Below, piece by piece: positions 31,649 through 38,578 of a stretch of 38,578 nt of DNA. Every line of letters begins with the position of its first letter. Positions within the stretch are counted from its first letter, which is position 1. The translations under genes were made by a program, and so were the position numbers. A model generated the notes under the pieces. It saw only the letters and a list, made by a program, of their open reading frames with translations, was not told the DNA's origin and ran no database searches. The stretch comes from Trichomonas gallinae (lineage: Eukaryota): the NCBI GenBank assembly GCA_008369845.1, contig MRSU01006937.1, positions 1 through 38,578 on the forward strand, given 5' to 3'.

Positions 31649-32577
31649 TCACTTAATGATACTGTAATATAATTTAACCATATCATTAATGTCTTGATCG
31701 TAGAAACGACATTGTATTGTTACAATATCAATCGGCGAATATTTATCTAGTAAAGTGAAATCAAACGATTCAATTTTTGATGAAGATCCAGCGCTATCTT
31801 GATGTTGATCAAAATCAATATGTGAGCAATTAATCTCATGTTCAACATCATGAACAATGATTTCTGAGTTATTGCATTCGATCTAATCAGACAATTCCAC
31901 ACGTTGTAGAGCATCAACTATGCATAAGATTTTAACTTTTGTATTATCTTTGACTTTAAATCAAAGTTGGAAGCACATTTATCATAGTAATTTTGTTTAA
32001 TCCCGGTTATTACTCTAAACTCTGGCTTGAAATTAATGATTCCATAAGAATTCTTATTAAACTTGCTACTTTTTCGCCATTATTTTCGATCCAAATACGA
32101 AGACCATTGTAATTTGATGTATCTGGAATAACAATGTCGAAAGAGAATTCAGGTGTAAAATATTATGATGAATATGTTAACTTGCCCAGAGAATTAGCTG
32201 CCGCATTAAGTTTTCTGGCTGAATTCGTGTCAAATTTGTAATACACATTAACTTCTGTTCCTGTATCAAGATTAACAGCATATCCTTTCACTGTAACATT
32301 CTCTCCAGGCATGTAAACAGGTTTCATTGTCTTAATATATAATTACTGAAGCTGTTTTCCTGATTCTGAATTTTCATGATTCAGATCACGACCACAATGC
32401 CGGAGCTTCAAAAAAATATCATCAGTTAGCCAAGTAATGACAAGTTGATTTTTCAATTTCGTGGCACGCAAGGTGCTACATCTAAAGATATTGTTTTTAG
32501 CTATGCGGAAGTAGTCGATAATTGCAAACTTCTTGAAAAATTTATCGATAAAAATACAACAAATAATGCAAAAACAT
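31649..32577 (-). pseudogene. Decayed Bap-like (Ig-repeat) surface protein ectodomain relic
   Basis: Manual translation gives MKPVYMPGENVTVKGYAVNLDTGTEVNVYYKF...YSS*YFTPEFSFDIVIP...LRIWIENNGEK*, INFKPEFRVITGIKQNYY, VKDNTKVKILCIVD..*IECNN and KYSPIDIVTIQCRFYDQDINDMVKLYYSI. Stops lie at 32163-65, 32066-68 and 31883-85, with frameshifts. The core is 31649-32340; the 5' limit is uncertain. Confidence 0.8.
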
Positions 32578-32836
32578 GATTCCTTGATACAGTTTTTAGG
32601 TCAGTACATTCTTTGGCCTCTCCTTGCTGTTATCATTCTAGCTATTGTTGCAGGTGTTATTATTTTACTATGCTTAAAGAAGAAGAAAAAAGAAACAAAC
32701 GATAATCCATAAAATCACGATGAAGGGGAGCCGAAGTATGAAGAAGTAACTGATATAGAAACACTGGAATTTGTTTCAGACACTCTATCATGTGTATGCA
32801 TAAGCGTTGTAGAAAAATCCTCTATATTCAATTCCA
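32566..32836 (+). pseudogene. Orphan transmembrane plus cytoplasmic tail relic of a type I surface protein
   Basis: MQKHDSLIQFLGQYILWPLLAVIILAIVAGVIILLCLKKKKKETNDNP* (32566-32712). The frame continues NHDEGEPKYEEVTDIETLEF..., and removing one A from an A5 run gives VENPLY (NPLY at 32816-32827). Confidence 0.7.
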
Positions 32837-33971
32837 TGAAATTTAGGCGATTTACTTTAATATTCAATTTGTTTTATTATTCAAATAATTTCAATTAAAT
32901 GTAGAGGTTTGCATTGAAATTAGCATTTACAAAATTAATAACCTCTCAAATATTACAGTTTTTAACGATATTATGGGTAAACAAGCCGATTAAAAATCTA
33001 ATAAAACATGTTTTAACTAATCTCATTTTATAATTTTGAGTAAAAAATAAATAACACTCTTTTTTTAAGAAAATACTGTATTAGAACAAAATGATAATCA
33101 CTATTGCAGATTATCATCTAATAATTATTATAACTAAATAATCATGAATGGAAAATTATTATTATAAGGTTTCTTATACCGATATTTTTGAACCTTTAGT
33201 GGTGCTAAAAGCTAAATTATTCTAATCTATTCATTTCCAATTGCCTAGAACATATAATATCACAAAATAACCAGAGATTAGAAATTTTAAATTTAATATG
33301 GTCTATTAGATAAATAAACTGTATATATAACATGATAATTTTAATTCAATTCGGTAGATGCTATTTTCAAGTCATAAATAACAGTTTTTAACCAAAATTC
33401 GATATATTTGCCAAATCATTTATGATTTGTTAGAATTCGCTATATCAATCAAGTATAGTCCTTATGGATGCATGCATTTCTTTGTCTATTCTCTATCTCA
33501 GTCTTTAAATTTCGATGGGTATGATCGTGGATTATACATTAATATAGTATAATTTGGATATATTTTAATCAGAGATCACGAATCATCAGAGACAATGATC
33601 TTTTTCATAACTTTATTTGAATTTTACATCTGGCAGACGTAAAAGAGTTTAGAAGTTATTTTATAGACAAATTACACGGTATGCGTGATATACTACCATG
33701 TTACTATAAAAATAAAAATTAAAAATTTCTAATCGGAAATTTAATTTATTATAATTTGTCCTTTAAGATAATATATGACGTGTCATAATATAATTTGTCA
33801 CTTTTGAATTAATATTTTTCTGATAAAATTATTTTTCTGAAGTAATACATTTTTCTGATAAAATTAAATTTACGAATAATGTTATTGGTTCAAAATATAA
33901 TAAAAAACAATCCCTATTTAAATGATCAAAATCAAATTTTATATAATCAAACGCTATATTGAATGAAATTA

Positions 33972-33992
33972 AAAGTGACGTTTAATATCATT
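33972..33992 (+). promoter_or_regulatory. Trichomonad core promoter: AAAGTGAC motif plus Inr (TCATT)
   Basis: AAAGTGAC at 33972-33979 and TCATT at 33988-33992, just upstream of the ATG at 33995. Both match core-promoter motifs I recall for T. vaginalis. Confidence 0.65.
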
Positions 33993-33994
33993 AA

Positions 33995-36900
33995 ATGTTT
34001 AATTTCTTACTGGTTTTTGCTCTATCCAATAAGATTTATGGACAAAGAGCTAAAACAGATGGTTCACTGTTCGAAATATTCATTGATAATAAGCTTGTTT
34101 TGGATAAATTCGAATTTCTCGTATACGATTCGAACAGCGAACAAGAACTCAGCATTTCATTTTACAATAAAGATAAAGCACACTATAATGGCATAGTCAT
34201 AGAACCAATTTTGCAAGGGTTAAACTCAGAAGAACATTTAATAGCGAAATTTGAAATTTCAAATCATAACAATAGAACGATTACGTTTACACCTAAAGTT
34301 ATAATTCGCGATTCAGCGCACCCCCATTCTTCAAACAATCGTACAACACATCAGGAAAATGGATTTCTTCTTGATGACGTGGCAATCTTGAGTTATTTTG
34401 ACGAATTCACTCCAGAATGTGCATCTCGATCATACTTCGGAAACAATGACAGAAACACACTAATCTTCGAATGGAAACCTTTTGATATGAAATGCAACGA
34501 TGAAATTACACTCAATTTACACATCGTTCCATTAAACTCTCTCAAAAAATCCAAGCGTCAAATTAAACAAAACGATCAAAATCCAGCATTTTCTGGAAGT
34601 TTCATCCCAGAAGATGGAGTTGTTCATGTATCCGATAAATTAAAATTTGTAGGAAAGTTTATAGTATCCAACCCTGATCCCAATAGAGAAGTTTCTTTAT
34701 ATCTAAGGGATAATACTGGAAATTATCCAATATACAAATTCAAAAATGCAAATAAGGTAGAAAACCTTGAAGTTCCAATTGAGTTCGAAAAAAAGATTTC
34801 AAACAAAACTATCAGTGTTTATGCTGCATATGATGAGTATCGTTCAGAAAATATAGAAACAAATATCAGAGTAGTCATTTCTCCTGGAGTCTACTTAAAA
34901 GAAAATCTTAAGAGAATTTACAATGTTGGAGAAACCCTAAGTGTCACGGCTTTTCTTGGCGATTATGAACCAACAACTTACATTGCGCTGGCGTATAAGT
35001 TTGGTGATATAAATTGGGATCCAGAAAGCTTAGATTTCAATGTTACAGATTATTACCATATCGGTGACAATTGGAGAACAAATGATACATTAATTGAAAT
35101 GCAATTACCAACAGAAGCTAGAGCATACTATCTTTATCTATTCGCAATTGATGGCTATTTAGATATTAAAAACATGCGAATAGAAAAGATATGGATTAAC
35201 CAAAAACCTAATGTCACAGAATGGAAACTTAAGACTACAAAGTTTGTTCAAAACGGATATATTGATATTGAAGCAAAAGTTTATGATGACTCATCAACTT
35301 TCATGAAATATATTTTCGACGGTAAAGAAGAAACATCAAATCTTATTAGCTGGGATACATGTTATATTTGTGAATTTAATCTCCTTGCTGAAATTCCTAT
35401 TCCAGAATCTATTACAACCGGCACTCATCATTTAGTTGTATACGCCCAAGACCTTTATAACTCAACGTCTGAGCAAAAAGATTTCAGTTTCGAAATGAGT
35501 TCAGATCATGCACCTGTTTTGGAAATGTCAAGCAGCTCGCCAAACAATTTATATGGATATGGTGACAATATCAAATTCACAGGTGTTGTACATGATTCTG
35601 ATCAAGCTGATACTATTTATGTTGAAGCCGAAAATGAATCCAATAAAGTAAAAATTTTCACATCCAATGGTGCCCAGGGACAAGTGATTGAGTATAGTAT
35701 TCAAAATCCACATCTTGATAGTGATTTTACTATCACATTCAGAGCTCACGACAGTAATGGCGCATACTCTAAGAAAATTTCATTCCCAGTTAGCATTCGA
35801 CAAAAGAAAGAAGTTATTATTACTTCTCAAATCGAAGGAACATATAAACCGAATTCTAAAATCCAAGTTCGTGGATATATAACAGATTTTAACCCAAATC
35901 AAGAATTACATATTTCTTATATGATAAATGGAGTTATATCACAGGTGCAAAATCAAAAAGTTGTTATGGGTGCCTCTTACCTTTCTCCGGAATTCAATTT
36001 TGAAATGCTTCTTCCATCTAAAGCTGGAATGAATACCGTATCAATCTGGGCTGAATCTTCCAACGATGAAACGACATACTATAAGAATTATAATATTATT
36101 ACAGTGGCCGATCCTAAAATCCTAGAATGGCTAGATTTCAATGATGTATATTATAAATATGAATATGTTTTCATCAGACTTAATGTGACAAGTGATTTGC
36201 CAGTAAGACTGTGTAGCAAAATTGATGGTGGTAATGTTAATTGCGAAGAAAATTACACTGAATTGAATGATTCAAATGACATTATTATTTGGGAATTCAA
36301 CCTCGATGATGAAGATAACCGTCCTTTAAGCTTTAATTTACTACATGACGGTGAACATACTGTTACGATTTATCTTGAAGATAAGCTTGGCTATAAATCA
36401 GAAGAAATGTCAAAAACATTCACAAAACAATCTGATAAAGAAGTACCTTATTGGATTGAATTGGAAAGTCCAAATTATCCTCATATTGTATCAGATACAA
36501 TTAATTTTGGAGATGAATTTGAAATAATTTGTTTTACTGTATCCGATGCAAGTATTTATTATAAAATTAATAAAAATGACGAGTGGACATATCTTACTAA
36601 AGCTTTACCAAATGCTGATGGTTTTACCATTAAAGGAAGTATTCCTGTTCGGGAAACAGATGGACGCTATACTGTATCATTGATAGCAAAAGTTGATGAA
36701 AAGCACTCTTCCCCTCCAATCAAAATTTTCTTCAATGTCAAAGTGAAAAAACCAAGAATTGATGTAAAATCATTCAATCAAAATAAAACGATTGAAATGA
36801 ATCTCACAATCATTGATTTTCCACCAAAATCTAAGGCAAAACTTTACTACTCATTTGATGATGATAAAAATCATAATAATTTAATCAATGAGATTATTAT

Positions 36901-38578
36901 TACCGAAAATGGGAATTCAGAAAACATAGAACTTAAAATCAAGATACCAAATGACAACAAGAAACATTATTTAATGATTTGGGCTGAAACTGACAACGAA
37001 AAATCAGAAATTTGGGTAAAATATATTGATATAAATTTCCCTCCAAAACTTGTTCTTCATAATCCAGAATTTGAAACATATTATAGAAAAGGGTACATTT
37101 ATTTAAACATTTCAATATGGGATGAAAATAATGTCGATATTTATTATCAGGTTGATCCTAACACAAATGCAAAAAAGGTCCAAAATATCATTTGCAATGG
37201 AAAAAATATCACACAAGTCATATATATAGAATGTAATGACAATTTTGTACAAGATAATGAGGTTGATCTCATAATCTTTGCACAAGATAATTATGATCTT
37301 AAATCACAAAATATCACCAAGAGAATTAAATATGATAACACTAAATCTTCACCAATTATAGAAGATACTACAATCATCACAGAAGAAGATGGAAAACAAC
37401 CCGTATTTCGTTGGGCGGATTCGATCGAAGTAACATTTACGATAAATGATACAATTGAAAATTCTGAATATAATATCTTGTACAGTTATGATAATGCATA
37501 TTTTCAATTTTATAAGAAAATACAAAACACAGATGAGATCATGCATAATGGAGTAGTTTGTAAAATTCCATCATATAAGAAGAATGGTGATTTCACTCTG
37601 TCAATTCAAATCGTTCGTAATGATGGTGCGAAATCTAATTTAGCTCAATTACCAATTCATATTCGAAAGAAACCATCTATAGTGTTCCTAGATAGTTTGA
37701 AAGATGTTTATGATATCAGTGTAACAAATATTTTGAACATTCAGCTTCGCGACTTTGAGAAAAACTCCAAAGCCAAATTTATAATGTCGTTATTGAATGG
37801 TGATAGGACTTTTACAAAAGTTGTTGATATCAAAGACAACTATAGTTCAGATAACTTTACAGTACCACTTCCAAATCTCACCGCTGGGAACTACAAAATT
37901 AATTTCTTAGTCAAATACAATAGCAAGGTTTTAACGCAAACAGAAAAAAATATTGTATTTAAATTTGCTCCAAAATTCAAAATAATGAATAAGGATCGCA
38001 AAAAATTAGCATTGAATGATCATATTAATATTTACTTCTCCATTCAAGATTCTGATCCAGTTGATATAATTTGTGAAATCGAGAACATCACTAAATACAT
38101 TAAAAAAGATTTTAATCCAAATGGTAAAGAAGTTCATATTTATGAACAAATTTTCTTTGACAATGTTACAATCAAGAGCCTTGGGAAAGATCAAGATGTC
38201 AATATCGGAGTATACGCCCGAGATAAATTTGGTATAAAGTCTCAAATATTCAATTATACAAAACATTTCGTACTTGCTGATGTTGCACCAGTTATGAGAG
38301 CTAATTCTGATATTGGTGATTCTTTATCATGGTATGATAGGCCACAAATTAATGCTGTCATATTAGCTCCCCTATACAATAATAATAATAATAATGTCAA
38401 TATCATTTTTAGAGTGAATTATAATTATATTGACCCAATTACAATTTATAAATACAATTCTAATGGTACTTTTGAGAAGGCAACCATAACACTCAATAAC
38501 ATCCCGCATGAGAACGGTGAATTTCAATTATCAATTATTGCTCAAAGTGCAGATGGTTATTCTTCTGCATTCTACAGC
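33995..38578 (+). CDS. Large Bap-like surface protein with tandem divergent Ig-like beta-sandwich repeats (3' truncated by window end)
   Basis: Manual translation shows no stop over 1528 codons from MFNFLLVFALSNKIYG to the window end. It has a signal-peptide-like leader and ~90-100-aa units of the type P......Y..g..i.v.g.v.D.d....v.i.Y.id ... ip...G.h.l.vyA.D..g..S. It is absent from the ORF track, presumably because no stop codon is present. Confidence 0.92.
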   Translation, partial: MFNFLLVFALSNKIYGQRAKTDGSLFEIFIDNKLVLDKFEFLVYDSNSEQELSISFYNKDKAHYNGIVIEPILQGLNSEEHLIAKFEISNHNNRTITFTPKVIIRDSAHPHSSNNRTTHQENGFLLDDVAILSYFDEFTPECASRSYFGNNDRNTLIFEWKPFDMKCNDEITLNLHIVPLNSLKKSKRQIKQNDQNPAFSGSFIPEDGVVHVSDKLKFVGKFIVSNPDPNREVSLYLRDNTGNYPIYKFKNANKVENLEVPIEFEKKISNKTISVYAAYDEYRSENIETNIRVVISPGVYLKENLKRIYNVGETLSVTAFLGDYEPTTYIALAYKFGDINWDPESLDFNVTDYYHIGDNWRTNDTLIEMQLPTEARAYYLYLFAIDGYLDIKNMRIEKIWINQKPNVTEWKLKTTKFVQNGYIDIEAKVYDDSSTFMKYIFDGKEETSNLISWDTCYICEFNLLAEIPIPESITTGTHHLVVYAQDLYNSTSEQKDFSFEMSSDHAPVLEMSSSSPNNLYGYGDNIKFTGVVHDSDQADTIYVEAENESNKVKIFTSNGAQGQVIEYSIQNPHLDSDFTITFRAHDSNGAYSKKISFPVSIRQKKEVIITSQIEGTYKPNSKIQVRGYITDFNPNQELHISYMINGVISQVQNQKVVMGASYLSPEFNFEMLLPSKAGMNTVSIWAESSNDETTYYKNYNIITVADPKILEWLDFNDVYYKYEYVFIRLNVTSDLPVRLCSKIDGGNVNCEENYTELNDSNDIIIWEFNLDDEDNRPLSFNLLHDGEHTVTIYLEDKLGYKSEEMSKTFTKQSDKEVPYWIELESPNYPHIVSDTINFGDEFEIICFTVSDASIYYKINKNDEWTYLTKALPNADGFTIKGSIPVRETDGRYTVSLIAKVDEKHSSPPIKIFFNVKVKKPRIDVKSFNQNKTIEMNLTIIDFPPKSKAKLYYSFDDDKNHNNLINEIIITENGNSENIELKIKIPNDNKKHYLMIWAETDNEKSEIWVKYIDINFPPKLVLHNPEFETYYRKGYIYLNISIWDENNVDIYYQVDPNTNAKKVQNIICNGKNITQVIYIECNDNFVQDNEVDLIIFAQDNYDLKSQNITKRIKYDNTKSSPIIEDTTIITEEDGKQPVFRWADSIEVTFTINDTIENSEYNILYSYDNAYFQFYKKIQNTDEIMHNGVVCKIPSYKKNGDFTLSIQIVRNDGAKSNLAQLPIHIRKKPSIVFLDSLKDVYDISVTNILNIQLRDFEKNSKAKFIMSLLNGDRTFTKVVDIKDNYSSDNFTVPLPNLTAGNYKINFLVKYNSKVLTQTEKNIVFKFAPKFKIMNKDRKKLALNDHINIYFSIQDSDPVDIICEIENITKYIKKDFNPNGKEVHIYEQIFFDNVTIKSLGKDQDVNIGVYARDKFGIKSQIFNYTKHFVLADVAPVMRANSDIGDSLSWYDRPQINAVILAPLYNNNNNNVNIIFRVNYNYIDPITIYKYNSNGTFEKATITLNNIPHENGEFQLSIIAQSADGYSSAFYS

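Noticed and set aside
33963..34196. 77-aa ORF in the track, and the other short ORFs between 35549 and 38266
   Set aside because: They are out-of-frame or antisense shadows of the long ORF starting at 33995.
38380..38397. (AAT)6 microsatellite
   Set aside because: It is a short in-frame poly-Asn run, unremarkable in this genome.
1..38578. Maverick/Polinton, mariner or Mutator elements, CRISPR arrays, tRNA or rRNA genes
   Set aside because: I saw no transposase, integrase or polymerase ORF, no long terminal inverted repeats, no repeat-spacer array and no recognisable structured RNA by eye. A covariance-model scan was not possible.

Overview
AT-rich eukaryotic DNA with compact genes and no evident introns. 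The gene families (BspA-like TpLRR surface proteins, a Bap-like Ig-repeat surface protein, expanded CAMK-type kinases) and core-promoter motifs point to Trichomonas vaginalis or a close parabasalid; this is inferred from family recognition, not from a search. The window holds four paralogous non-RD Ser/Thr kinases (three in tandem), one canonical SNF1/MARK-like kinase, a head-to-head pair of BspA-like membrane proteins, a TMEM62-like metallophosphoesterase, a degenerate GT61-like glycosyltransferase and several acidic or coiled-coil hypothetical proteins. It also holds a beta-helix-like gene with an apparent 5' frameshift. Two elements are missing from the ORF track: an ORF of at least 1528 codons for a Bap-like surface protein (33995 to window end), and a decayed surface-protein relic at 31.6-32.8 kb with ectodomain and membrane-anchor pieces on opposite strands. 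I found no rRNA, tRNA, CRISPR or autonomous transposon, and nothing I can establish as a new biological system. The best leads are a conserved C-terminal motif in the non-RD kinases, the long-tail/short-tail BspA pair, a cluster of adaptor-binding motifs and a T23...A23 inverted tract.
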